Assembly (NCBI GenBank): GCA_051453625.1
Contig: JBOZIK010000001.1
Coordinates: forward strand, 39,511,186 to 39,552,105
DNA: 40,920 nucleotides
Source: Welwitschia mirabilis
Lineage: Eukaryota
Direction of reading: 5' to 3'
Positions 11,878-24,400 of this stretch are shown piece by piece (within the stretch, counting starts at the first letter, position 1; every line of letters begins with the position of its first letter). The position numbers and the translations under genes are program-made. The notes beneath the pieces are model-generated. The model had not been told where the DNA came from, ran no database searches, and saw only the letters and a list, made by a program, of their open reading frames with translations.

Positions 11878-12013
11878 GTGGGACAAGAAACCTCTTTGGA
11901 ATAGACAAACTGTAACGATCCCCTTGGTAGGGCGTATGATTGAAGGTGGTCGGAGGCTTTCCATGTTGTTAACTCATTGCATGATGGGGTGTGGGAAGGA
12001 TCCATCACCCTAA
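11878..12013 (+). CDS. NTF2/SnoaL-like protein, terminal coding exon (WDKKPLWNRQTVTIPLVGRMIEGGRRLSMLLTHCMMGCGKDPSP*)
   Basis: TTTCAG acceptor completes the TG|G Trp codon, giving the family motif RHEDWWDKKPL. TAA stop at 12011-12013. Confidence 0.92.
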
Positions 12014-12929
12014 TAATTGAGATTATCTTCCTTGTTTTGTCACACAACTGGAATTATTGAGATAGTTTATAATAGTGGAATGTGTGTGCTGTATAATTTG
12101 TTTTCTGTGAAGTCGATGATTGAGAGTATCCTCACAGAGAGTTATAGAGCAGATACGTAGTACTGTACATAAATCTGAAAAGCTGTTCCAACTTTGGATA
12201 TTGACAAATCAATATCGTTGACTAAACGACATGTTCAAGATGTCATATGAATTTGTTAATTGTGAATAATGAATATCAAGTGTCTGATATGATATGTTTG
12301 ACGCTGGTGATAAGGTGCTAACATAGACGTCATGGTGCTTATCATTACCAAGTATGGACTCTGGTTGTTTTCACACCAATGTCCTACACGTATTATCAAT
12401 TGTGTGAATAATATATGGATGTTACTATGCTATTATATTTGTATAATGGAAGTATCGTACCATTGTTTTTGAGCTTTTGTTTGCGGGGATCTTATTGTCT
12501 TGTACATGTTTTTATTTATTATTATCATTACTATTAGTAAATTCAACTTCTGTAGTGGTTAGAGCACTTGCTACCATTAAGGAGTGATACCTCTCCAAAT
12601 CACATGAATAATTTAAGGTGTCATGTAAAGGATTTGAATTGGAACTTTATTAGTGTACAATATAAGTAACTTGATACATCTGTGTCTCAAGAAAGGTCTA
12701 TGCTTAATTAGCAGAATAAAATAGTGAAATTAAATATTACCTTACAAGATTCACTGATATTTCAAAAAAGTAGTTAAAATCGTTAGATCATGGAATTATA
12801 AAATGGTTAGATCATGGAATTATAGATTTCAGATTTTTAGGCATAGGAAAAATGTCTGGTTCTTCAAAGGTCCTTCCTAGGAACTGAAATGAGTCTTCAT
12901 TGAAAACATTGTTGGTAATAGTCACTGGA

Positions 12930-13440
12930 AATTCAGACCACAGAAACCTCATATTCAAAGAGAAGATTTCATGACTGCTTGGAAATTAAAATGGATTTGC
13001 TTCATGAATCTAGATCTTAACCCATGGAATGAACATTTTAGGGGGCAAGCCTTTGAAGACACGGGGACAATCTTTTAGACAGATTGCCACCCTTGTATAA
13101 ATTTTAATGGATCTGAATGATAACTCATTTCACACTAGATCCCTTCTCATTAGCTCCAGTAACTACCAAATGATCTCAGTAAGGATTGTACCAGAAATAG
13201 AATCCAGTCCTAAGAAAATCAGGAAACCCAAAATAGCTTCATCAAGGATGGAAACCTCTAATCCCATTGCAAATAATTAACCATAAATCAAACCAATTAG
13301 AAAATCCAAAGGAACGCTCCGTTTATATCCATGTCCCAGCCATTTCTGAAATCCTTCCTCAAGCCAAAGCCTTGGAATCACAAAATCTTCTTCTTATAGA
13401 ATGGTGCCCTCAAATTCCTAGCAATATCAAACTCTCTAGA
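12930..13440 (-). pseudogene. Possible LINE ORF1 (DUF4283-like) remnant
   Basis: Minus-strand fragments DFVIPRLWLEEGFQKMAGTWI, W..FHP, YTRVAICL and LPPKMFIP follow the order of L1 ORF1 motifs (GPW, W.PDF.P, YARVCV, LP.KI). Many stops. Confidence 0.35.
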
Positions 13441-13449
13441 GCGTAGCAG

Positions 13450-13540
13450 CTCACATCTGATGATAATAGCTTGCCTACACTCACATCTGATGATAATAGC
13501 TTGCCTACACTCACATCTGATGATAATAGCTTGCCTACAC
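13450..13540. repeat. Perfect 30-bp tandem repeat, 3 copies
   Basis: CTCACATCTGATGATAATAGCTTGCCTACA x3. Confidence 0.97.
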
Positions 13541-13939
13541 CGATAGGACTTGCAAACCTAGACCTTCTGCAATGGCTTCAAAATCAATTTAGGGAAAGTA
13601 ATATGTATACAGAAGAACCAGATCATGAGATAAAGGTAAGGAAGAGGATGACCACAACTGGGATTTGGTTTCAGAAATGGAAATTTCTAAAATAGGTGAA
13701 GAAATCTTGAACTCTCTAGACTTATAGACTCCTCCTTCAGTGAAATAAAGAAGAGTAAATACTGGGCAGACTCCATGAATCTAAAGACCATGAATCAACA
13801 ATGAAGTTATGCCCAGGAACCAAAGGATCTAGGTTTGCATGATCTGGCATCAAAGCCTAGGGGCAAGATGCCACCAAGAAGGTAGGTTAATGGTCAAGAC
13901 AGAGGGGCACGAGATGCTGCGAGATTGCACAGGCTTGAG

Positions 13940-14300
13940 GTGCAAATGGAAGTACTCCTTATTGCTATTTGTAGAAGCATTGTCTTAATAGTGGAGGTCT
14001 CTGCAGTGTTTTTGGGAAGGCCGTGGGTATTTGATGTAGAAGCTAGCCATGATGGTCGAAATAACACCATTACACTTGAATACTAAGGCAAGAGGCTGAG
14101 ATTGATTCCATTTTAATATTCAAGTAGCAAAGAAAGAGCAAATATTTGTTGTTGTGATTAAGCCAAGTAGCAAGATGGATATAAGTCATGGTATGACTTC
14201 TTACCTAGAGCAGAGTTGTCAAATAAAGCAACATATTGCATGATGCCTTTAGAACATGAAGAGATAGCAAGACAAGTTAAGGAGCTAATTGATGCAAATC
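13940..14300 (+). pseudogene. Ty3/gypsy (CRM-like) protease end and RT N-terminal remnant
   Basis: FLGRPWVFDVEASHDGRNNTITL, then DFLPRAELSNKATYCMMPLEHEEIARQVKELID. The spacer between them is largely deleted. Confidence 0.8.
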
Positions 14301-14427
14301 CCTCTCCTAGGTTTTGAAAGGACGACGACGTCCGCTTCCCTGGGTGAGGTCTTCAACTTGTTTTAGAGGGCAGTTCGAAAGTGGATACCAATATGATTTC
14401 CTTTAGGCTACAAAGTAACCAGGGAAC

Positions 14428-15489
14428 TTTTAGGATCAGAATGGCACCCTAGAGGAGTTAGCAAAATTATCTAAAGCCTAAATTAATAATAATCTTAAGA
14501 GATTAAACAAGCCCAATAAGAATGAAAGGACAAACAGAGAAGTACACAACAGTTTTATAGTGGTTCGGCAAAAGTGGCTACTTCACTCTCAAGGGGTAGC
14601 AATAGCCTTCAGCCTCCTGGTTCCCTTAGTTCTTTTCTCAAGAAACTTATGACACCCTTTGCCTCAAGGGTCTTCACTACTTCTAGCACCCTTCTCAAGG
14701 GTCTTGATGCTTTCACAAGAAGCTCTCAGAGAACAATATAATCGCTTTGATCTAATATAGTTTCTAATGGAGTATATAACTAACTTGCATCAATCATTAG
14801 CTTGTACAAACAAATGGTCCTTAAGGAGCAGATGTCTTAATAAGGTACATGACTGTTACATAAATCAGATAATACAAAAGGAAGCATAGTGTATGCAAAG
14901 TATGAAAATTTTTCTAAAATGTAAGAGTAGTGTTCGTGGACAAAGTGCCTTTTTATACATCATCACACAAAAACTACTTGTTGGAGTCTTGTATAGAGTG
15001 CCCTTTGTCTTGGTTGATGTGCCAGATGAATATTTAGACCATTTGCTCCTTGATTTGTGAAATCTGACACTTCCAATGGTCAAACTTCCGCCTCAGTGTT
15101 TGCCAACCCAAACGTCCCATTTTGAAAACCAGGACCTCCCAATTTTAATCACGATTTTTGTCCAAATTGAGGAGGTGATTGGACATCCCGATTTAAAGGG
15201 TTGGACATCCCTTCTTATATAAGTTTGCATACAAGCCTGGACGTCCTGAGAAGCTAAGCCAGACATCCCAAAGTATAACCCTTGCAAATAGGCTTGAACA
15301 TCCTGATTACAAAAGTGGACGTCCCAGTTAGAAAAAGTAGACACAAGTCTGGATGTCCCATCCTCATATGATACTCCGTGCACAAGTCTAGATGTCCTGA
15401 ACAATATGGATGGACGTCTCAAGACGTTGATTAACTCATTTCAGGTTATGAGAGACTCAAGATCATCATTGGAATATGTTTCTCCAACA
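14428..15489 (-). repeat. 3' LTR of element A
   Basis: Colinear with 35575-36678 (20 mismatches in a 140-bp hand-aligned sample). Followed on + by TCTCCCCCTTTT, the PPT on the minus strand. Confidence 0.93.
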
Positions 15490-15987
15490 GTCTCCCCCTT
15501 TTCAATGATGACACCCTTCTTCAGAAATGTGATGAGAAGTAGTGAGTTACTCCCCATAAATTTATGCTCCTGAAAATTGATAGTTACTTGCACGAATAGA
15601 CTTAAGAAAAGCAGTCTTTGTAGATTTGATTAGCACACTAGAACTTGGATAGATGGGAAAAGACTTCAAAAAATTCGTATTGTTAGAAAACCATGAGCAA
15701 TAAATACAATTCAATGTCAATGAAAATATATTCACAATTTCAAATTTTGTGAGATATATAGTGAGTTTGCTTATAACTGAATGCTTTTTATTCCTCATTA
15801 TTTCTTTCCCTTTGTCATTATTGAAAAGCAACAGTTAAAGTAAGGCAAAATAACCCAAGAAAAATAAAAGTGGAGAGAACAATTGAGATAAACAGAAAAG
15901 ATAATTTGTATCACTAATTAAGGATTACAAAAGATAGCATGTTTGGGATTAAAAAAAGAGAAAGAGTACAATACAACTAAGAGCACA

Positions 15988-17075
15988 CTATTCAAATGAG
16001 CTATCATGCTCTGATACAACTGACTACTCTTCCTGTTCGTCTTCTTCATCAAAGCCCAGCGGGATACAAAGATCATATGCTGACAAACTAAAGATTATGT
16101 GGTTAACCTTTTTGTATACTTTATCTACAGTGGTCTAGGCTTTTAAAGCAATGTCTTTTACTTAAGTAATGGCTCGTAATAGATCTTCATTTGAAATGGG
16201 CCTTAAACTTGTGCTTGCCCCTTTTGAAGTACGTTTCTTTTTTTGTGGGGGAGGAGGAAGCGAACCTCCTATGTCTAGAAAAATGTTCTTCTTAAGTGAG
16301 TAAACCCCAAGAGGTTTAGGCACTTTGACTAATTCATCACTTCTATCCACAAGAAATTAATGATTTTCTAACTATGCAGTGATGAGGCCTCCAAACGGTA
16401 GACTAGTATAGCTAGCAATAACAAATTGACTGATGTAGTGCATGATGAATTTACATAAGTTAATCTTTACTCCAGCGCCAAGACAAAATAAAATATTAAA
16501 ACCCAAAGGAGATTCTTTATCTTTATATCCTATTTAAGAACGAAGTTATGTGTGGAAATCTGAAACAAAACTCGATAGAAGGGCTTGAGCTTGTTTGTAG
16601 GTATGTTGGCTCTCCAATTTACATGTGCCCCACACAATTCATCTATAAGAACATCTTCTGAGATTGCTTCATTTAAAGATCTAGCATGAGTTATTTCTTG
16701 AAACATTCCTTCATTAGGATAACAAGTGTCTAAAGCAATAGCTTCTAAGTCAACATCTACTTCTTTATCAAAAACCTTTGTAGTGATTCTCCAATGAGCT
16801 AGGTCAAAAATTGGATTACAATAAAACATCCTTACCATTTTGGTAGAGGCTTTGGTGTTAGGAGCTAGGGCATACAACCAGCCTTGTTCTTCAAATTTGT
16901 GTGCTATTTTGATTTCATGTCTAAAAGATTCAAAATTTATTCTTCTTTCTCAAGCCAAGGGCCTTTTTGGGAAGCAATTAAACCACAACTGCCTGTGCTC
17001 TGTAAGTTTAAACCATTCTTCTTCAGATGCTAGTTCTTTTCATCTCCTAGAGGTAGGAAGCTTAGATCTGACCAT
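15988..17075 (-). pseudogene. env-like extra ORF of element A
   Basis: ATG at 17075 (MVRSKL), KMVRMFYCN and KPFYRVLFQISTHN. Includes ORFs 16530-16877 and 16162-16350; homologous to 2471-3548. Confidence 0.8.
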
Positions 17076-17489
17076 GATGCAAGCTGAACATAGTGCACAA
17101 GAGAGAAGTTCTACAGAGGAAAGAGGTTTGTGCAAGAGGTGATTAAAAACACAAGGTTGAAGGGGCTTTTAAAATGGAAGGAAAGTGTGGACGTCCATGC
17201 GAATTTGCATTTGTGGACAAGAGTGGAACCAGGATGTCTGGGTTTTAAAAACCCAGAGTTTTCTCAAGTTTAAAAGGTGGACATTCGGTGAAAAAATACA
17301 GGATATCCAGGTTGCAAAAACCCAAAGAAGATGTGGGGATGTTTGGGTAAAAATACGGGACATTTGGATGAGGAAATGATGTCAAAATCAAGGTACAATC
17401 TAGAAATTTTGAAGACCACTTAGAAAGGATGATGACAAAGGTAAGAAGCATTAGGATTTTTATTTAAAAAAATGGATTATTAAGATGAG

Positions 17490-18256
17490 GGGCAAGCCCT
17501 TATACCTAGATTCTTTTTAAGATAGATAAATCTTTCCTATTCAATCCTTTGGTCATAACATTTACAATTTGATCTTTGGTAGGAACATACTCTAAATGTA
17601 ATGATGTTGTTTTGAACTTGCTTTCGAATAAAATGATGTCAAATGTCTTTGTGTTTTTTCCTTGAACGTTGAGCAGGGTTCTTGGTGATATTGATTGCAC
17701 TTGGATTATCACAGAAGAGTTTGGTTGAATTTAGTTTTACCCTCAAATCTGTCAACATTTGTTTCATCCACAAGAGTTGAGTACAATAGGCAACAATGGT
17801 AATGTATTCAGCCTCAGCTGTAGATAGCGATGCTAGTTTTTCTTCCTATTTAGTAAGGACACTAAACAATATTTTACTTCGAAACGGGCACCCCTTATAC
17901 TTTGGCGATCATCTACACATCCATCCCAGTCAACGTCATTATAACTAGCCAGATCTAGCGAAGTGTTGTACAGATACCAAAGACTAGGGGGTTGAGTCAT
18001 CATAAGGTATCGTAAGATTTGTTTTACACATATTAAATGGGATTCTCTTGGATCAGATTGATATCTTGTGCATATTCCAATACTATGAGCAATGTCAGGT
18101 CTGCTAACAGTGATATATAGAAGACTACCAATTAATCCTTTGTATAACTTCTCACCCGCCTTTTTTCCTATCTTATCCTTGCATATCTTGGTATTCGTTA
18201 ATAGTGTGTTTTAGCATCTTTTACATCTCTCATTGTATATTGTTTTAAGACCTCTT
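17490..18256 (-). pseudogene. pol: Element A RT C-terminus and RNase H
   Basis: GLIGSLLYITVSRPDIAHSIGICTRYQSDPRESHL, LSTAEAEYI and LEYVPTKDQIVNVMTKGL. Confidence 0.9.
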
Positions 18257-19539
18257 TGTAGGATCGAGAACCTGTGGGGGGGAGGGGGTAGAGGTGGAGT
18301 GGAGGGTGAATATGATTTAAAAACTTAATCGAATAACTTCACAAAAATTAACTTGCTTGAAATGAACACTCGAAACTTGTTCAAATAAAACTAAAAGTAT
18401 TCTGAAAAACCAAAAAACAGAAAGCACAAAAATACCAATGAGGAGGCACACAAGTTTTATAGTGGTTTGAGAAACCCTCTACTCCACTCTCGACGATCAG
18501 CTTCTATTAAAGCCTGATCCAAATCTCCATTAATCTCTTTCCAGGTATTCTAGGTTCACCTGTAACCTTTATAAATAGACTTTTCTGAGGCTCAGTCTCA
18601 ACCTTTTATAAGAAAGTGAAGTAGTGACAATGGTATGTCAAAATGCACAGGTTTCGCCTGATCTTTGGTTCAAGACTAGTAGTGCTACACTGCTTGAGAA
18701 AATGGTACAATCTAAATGCGTACAATGCAACTGACTTGACTAAGTATTCAAAGATAACAATAATTCTTGATACATATTTGATCAGGTAGGATATACCAAT
18801 AAGTACAATGAAATATATAGTGGAAGACTTTTAGAGTTTTTACAAGTAAAAAGACCTACCAACGGACATAAAACGGACTCATAACAGCTAGAAAAAACCC
18901 CGCTTCCATCACGGTCAGTCGACCCCATCTATTGCCGTCACTGAAGTCAGTTGCCCTCATGTTCTTTCAATTGACCCTTGTTTCTTACAGCTCCATATCC
19001 AGTCGACCCCTCAGGGTCTGGTCGACTGCTTATGCGGTCGCTCACATGTTCATTCAGTCATCCCCTTGGTTAGGACAAATTGCAACACTGTTTTCTATTC
19101 CAGGTCTTGTCGACCCCATAAAAGTTCGATCAACCCCTCGCTGACACAGGGTGAATGCCACTCCAGGTCCGGTCAATCCCTCAGGAATCTGATCGACTCC
19201 TTAATGATTGGCTATAAAGTATTGGATGCATAGGTCCGATTGACCCCTCAGGAATCCAGTTGAACCCTTGATGATCAATTGCAAAGTATTAGATGTATAG
19301 CTCCAGTCAACCCCTTTGAAATCAGTTTATTTCAGTGCAAGCTTCAGGTGTGATTGACCCCTTAGAAATTCGGTCGACCACTCAGGAGGGTATAAAAATT
19401 GACAATTTCATATTCAAATTGTGACAAATTGTTTCCGCTTCTGACTTACAATGATTAATATTTTCTGCACAAGATACAACATATTTTGTTAAACAAAAAA
19501 CATTTGTTTAACATCAAATTGGCAAATAATAACTCAACA
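18257..19539 (-). repeat. 3' LTR of B (1283 bp)
   Basis: TGTAGGATCG...CTCAACA, with PPT ATCTCCCCCTTT at 19540-19551 and a GGTCGACC motif array. Confidence 0.95.
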
Positions 19540-20041
19540 ATCTCCCCCTTTGACATTGATGGCAAACTTATTCTTAGTTGAAAATATTCATTTTGGAAAA
19601 TGCTCCTCCTCAGAAAATGCCCATTACATTTGCAAGTGATATTGAACACTTATATCTAATGAGACATTTTTAGAGAGTTTTAATTTGTGCCAAAATTAAA
19701 CAATTTGTAGTACAATTTGTAAGACATGAAACTTTCAAAATATGTCTGACAAAAGACATTTTGAACAAGAATTATTTAAGAGCCATAAGATATAACAAAA
19801 ATTATAGTACATGAATAATTAGGTGTGAACTAACAAAATGAGAGATAGAGATGATAATAACATTCATTTCTCTTACTGGAAGTTGAACATTACAATTAAA
19901 AAAAAACTCATTAAGAGCAGTTACAACTGAACAAAGTAGCATGAACAACTAACTAATTCTCCCCCTTTTGACATCAATGACAAAGGAGAGAAGAAACACA
20001 AGCATGAAAATTTCATAAAAACATAAACAAAGAAAGAAGAT

Positions 20042-21090
20042 CAATCAGATTCCTCGGCATCCTCCTCCGATTCTTCTTCAGAATCTTCTTCTTCTTCCTC
20101 TTCCTCTTTTTCGGCAGCCTTCTACGCTAAGCTTCCGGCCTCCTCTGAAGTGTCTGCAATCTCATACCCAGCTGCAATCAGAACTTCTTTCATATGTCTG
20201 GTATGAGAGTTTATTCGCCTCAGTTATGAAAGAGTCTCCTCTGGTGAGGCTTGCTTGAGAGAAGCAGATTTCGAGAATTTCTTAGTACCTGCAAAAATAT
20301 GCATGCGAGACAATGTCGCACGCCCAATGGCTGACATAGGGATTAAGGGTTTCTAGCTTTTAGTGAAATTGGACTCTATACTGACAACAGATGTTGGCAA
20401 ACAACATTGAGTAAGGTAAAGCCCTAGTTCTGTAGGAGACCATATTCTTCAGCATGATGGCAGGGGCATCAATAGAGTGCCTAATTTCTATCAAGTACAT
20501 CAAATATGCTCTATAGTTGGAGCTCTCATCACAATGACCTGCCAAAGGCAAGAAATTATAGGTAAACACTAAATGCAAAAATCTGTACTTTGGGGTAAGA
20601 AGAGAAGTAGAAAGGGTGGTTTTCCACCTGTGAAACTTACCACAAAGTTTTCTTGTTACCTCTGCTTTGTCTTCCATGGAATCACGAAAAGACCAAAACT
20701 CATCATAGTCTCCTCTTGGAAGATTAACAATAGCAGCAATGAGGTTTGCAATAACACTCATCCTCTTCCCCAAAACCAGGGTTTCCATGGTTGCATTGTT
20801 GGCATCATAGAAGCATTGCAGTAGAACATCCTGGTGAGGAAAGGGTAGGCAGGTCCTGAAACATCAAGAAAGTAAGAAAGATCCAGATCTTGCAAAAGTT
20901 GCACCACATCTCTGAGTTCCCTGAGCTTTATAGTGGCAATAGCCCTTTCTAGGCACATTGGCTTCCTCTCAAACTTCTCAGAGAACTTGTCTAAAGCTTC
21001 TTTAGACATTCCCTGGCCGAAATATGAAAGAACTCTGCTGGATACCTCCTTTTGCCGCCTTCTAGATGAACCCTCAACCATTACAACCAC
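20042..21090 (-). pseudogene. env-like extra ORF of B (left internal copy)
   Basis: ERKPMCLERAI, PAYPFLTRMFYCN, KYRFLHLVFTYNFLP, ALPYSMLF and an acidic C-terminal tail; one frameshift and stops. Confidence 0.85.
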
Positions 21091-21479
21091 GTGGCAGGAT
21101 CTTGAAGAGAAGAAACCCTAAAAGAAAAATTAGATCTGAAGGAGACAGCGGCTAAAAGAGAAGGGCGGTTAGGTGAAATATGATAAAGAAATCGGGTCTA
21201 CGTCCGATTCTACTGCACTGTAACCCTACAAGTCCTATCGACCGGTTTGAGGTCTGGTCGACCCATCGAAACGCAGGTCACAGTACTTTACAGTCGGGGC
21301 GATCGGGTTTTCAGTCCGGTCGACCGACCACATTCGATCGACCAAATTCTAAATCTGGTCAACCATCCTGCAATGCGCTAGAAGATGGAGAGCTTTCCAC
21401 AGTTCATTATGAAGGCGAAGCAAATTAAAGAAATTTAGGGGTTCAGTGAAGATATCAGCAAGTTTACACGATCTGTACT

Positions 21480-24400
21480 AACAAAATTCATAAAAATGTT
21501 TCCTTTTTAATCTCTAAGAAAATGGTGTCTTAGTTCAATGTGTTTAGTTTTGGAATGTTGAACAGGATTTTTAGAAATATTTACTGCACTAGTGTTATCA
21601 TAGAAAATAGGAATCCATTCAAAAACTACACCAAAGTCCTTTAGCATTTCCTTCATCCAAAGGAGATAAGCACAACTCCTCCCTGCTGCTATATACTCAG
21701 CTTCTGTGGCTGAAAGGAAGATCGAGTTTTACTTTTTACTAGCCCATCCCACTAAACACGATCCTAACAGAAAACAATTACCACTTGTGCTTTTTCTATC
21801 ATCCTTACACCCAGCCCAATCTGCATCAATAAACTCTGTAAGATTAAACGATCTCTTAGTTGAGTACCATAATCTAAAATTACATGTGCCTTTTATATAT
21901 CTTATTATTATTTTGACTGCCCGTAGGTGTGATTCTTTCAATTGGATTTGGTATCTTGCGCACACACACATACACACACACACACTAATACTAAACATAA
22001 TATCGGGTTTACTTGCAATTAGATATAACAAGCTTCTTATCATACTTCTATAAAGCTTCTGATCTATTGATTTTCCAACTTCATCTAAACTGACTTTACA
22101 AGAAATTGACATAGGTGTGTTAGTTGTTTTAGCATTTCCAATCCAAATTGGTTGATCAAATCCTTTGCATATTCAGATTGAGATATAAAAATTCCATTCT
22201 TTGAATGTTTAATCTGTAAGTCAAGAAACATTCTAACTTCATGAAGCATGCTCATCTCAAAGTGTGTTGCCATGATATTTGCAAATTCTTTTGATAAAAT
22301 TTCGCTAGAGGTACCAAAGATTATAGCATCCACACAAATTTGAATAATGATAAAATCCTTTTTCAAATTCTTAACAAACAATGTTTTATCTACTGTTCCA
22401 CGGATATAACCAATTTCATTTAGAAATGTGGCTAACTTTTCATACCAAGCTCTTGGAGCTTGCTTCAACCCATATAAAACCTTCTTAAGTCTAAACACAT
22501 AATCAGGTTTGTGAGGATTTACAAAACCTTGCGGTTGTTCTACATACACCTCTTCATTTAGGGTTCCATTTAAAAAAGCACTTTTTACATCTATTTGATA
22601 CACTTTGATATTCTTAAAAGCTGAATAAGATTAAAACATTCCGATGCTATCTGGCCTTACAACAACTGCAAAAGTGTCACCAACATCAATACTTTCGATT
22701 TGGTTGTAGCCTTGTGTTACTAATCTTGCTTTGTTTTTGATAACATTGTTTTGCTCATCACATTTGTTTTTAAAAATCCACTTTGTCCCAATTATATTTT
22801 GGTCCTTTGGCCTTCTAACAAGCTTCTAAACATCATTCCTTTTAAATTGTTGCAACTCATTTCACATGGCCATCATCCATTCTTCATGGGATTCTATTTT
22901 TCAAATTTCTTAGGTTCAATTTGCGAAATATAACAAATGTGAGCACAAAAATTCTTCATAAAGTTCCTTGTTCTAATCTTTGAGCTAACATCTCTAATGG
23001 TAGACCCTAAAGGGTGATCTTTTAGCTCTTTACATTTTTAGTAGTGACTTCTTTTGTTGGAACTTCTTCTTCTTTTTCGGTAGAAATTTATTTTGTTGTG
23101 GGAGTGCTTGGAGAAATGTTTTCTTCATCACTAGAAGGGATTAGATTTTGTACTAACATCATCTATTTGCAAATTTATTGATTCTTCCACTGTTAAGCTT
23201 CTCTTGTTGAAAACATAATAAGCTCTGCTCCTAGTAAAATATCCCAAAAAAATTGCTTTATCGGCCTTATATTCAAATTTGCTTAGGTGTTCTCTGTCTT
23301 TTAACACAAAGCACCTACTCCTAAAGACTTTAAAGTAATAAATGTTTGGTTGTCTTCCTTTCCACAACTCATAAGGGGTTTTATCCATACTCGGTCTAAG
23401 ATAAACTCGTTTATGATATAACATGCAATGCTAATAGCTTCAACCCCAAAAAGTTTTGAAACCTCCTTATCATTCAACATCATTTTTGCCATTTCTTGGA
23501 GGACTCTATTTTTTCTCTCAGCAATTCCATTTTGTTGAGGTGTTTTAGGGGCTAATAATTGGTGATCAATACGTTTTCAATATAATACTTTTCAAATAAA
23601 TGATTTTTGAACTTACCACCATGATCGCTTCTTTTTTTTATTGGTATCGCCTTTCTCGTTTTAAATTTTGTTGCATATTTCAACCTAATGTTCATTTGTT
23701 TCAGATTTGTTTGCAAGAAGGAAACCCATAGATATCTTGAAAAGTCATCAACCATGTTAGAAAATAGTGTTTACCTCCTAAACTTTGGGTTTGAGTTGAT
23801 CCTATCAAGACCATATGAATAAGCTCTAAAGGCATGGATGTGGAAACTGGGTTTTTACTTTTGTGTGATGTTCTTATTTGTTTTCCTTTTTGGCACGCAT
23901 CACAAAGACCGTGTTTTTCAATATTTATTTTTGGAATTCCTTTGATAATTTCCTTTCTAATAATCGTTTTCAAATGATCGTAATTCACATAACCTAAATG
24001 TTTATGCCCAACCTCTTCTTGATTAACATGAGAAAAATAACAAGCAGAAAATGATTGATCGATGCTATAGACATCATCAATTCTATTCGCTTTGAGAACA
24101 ATATCATTTATTTTGTCATGTCTACCTTTGCATTTAGTGCTATCGAAAAAAACCTTATGACCTTTATCACAAATTTGGCTAATACTAAGTAAATTATGCT
24201 TCAAACCATTGACATACAAAACTTCATTTATTGTGGGTAAGTTACCTCCATTGATGTTTCCAATTCCTTCAATTTTGGCTCTTGCATTATCACCAAAGTA
24301 ACTTCTCCATCATCAAAGTCATCTAGCTGCTTGAACCTAGACTTGTCTCCTGTCATATGTCTACAACACCCGTTGTCCAAATACTAGCTAGTTCCATTTG

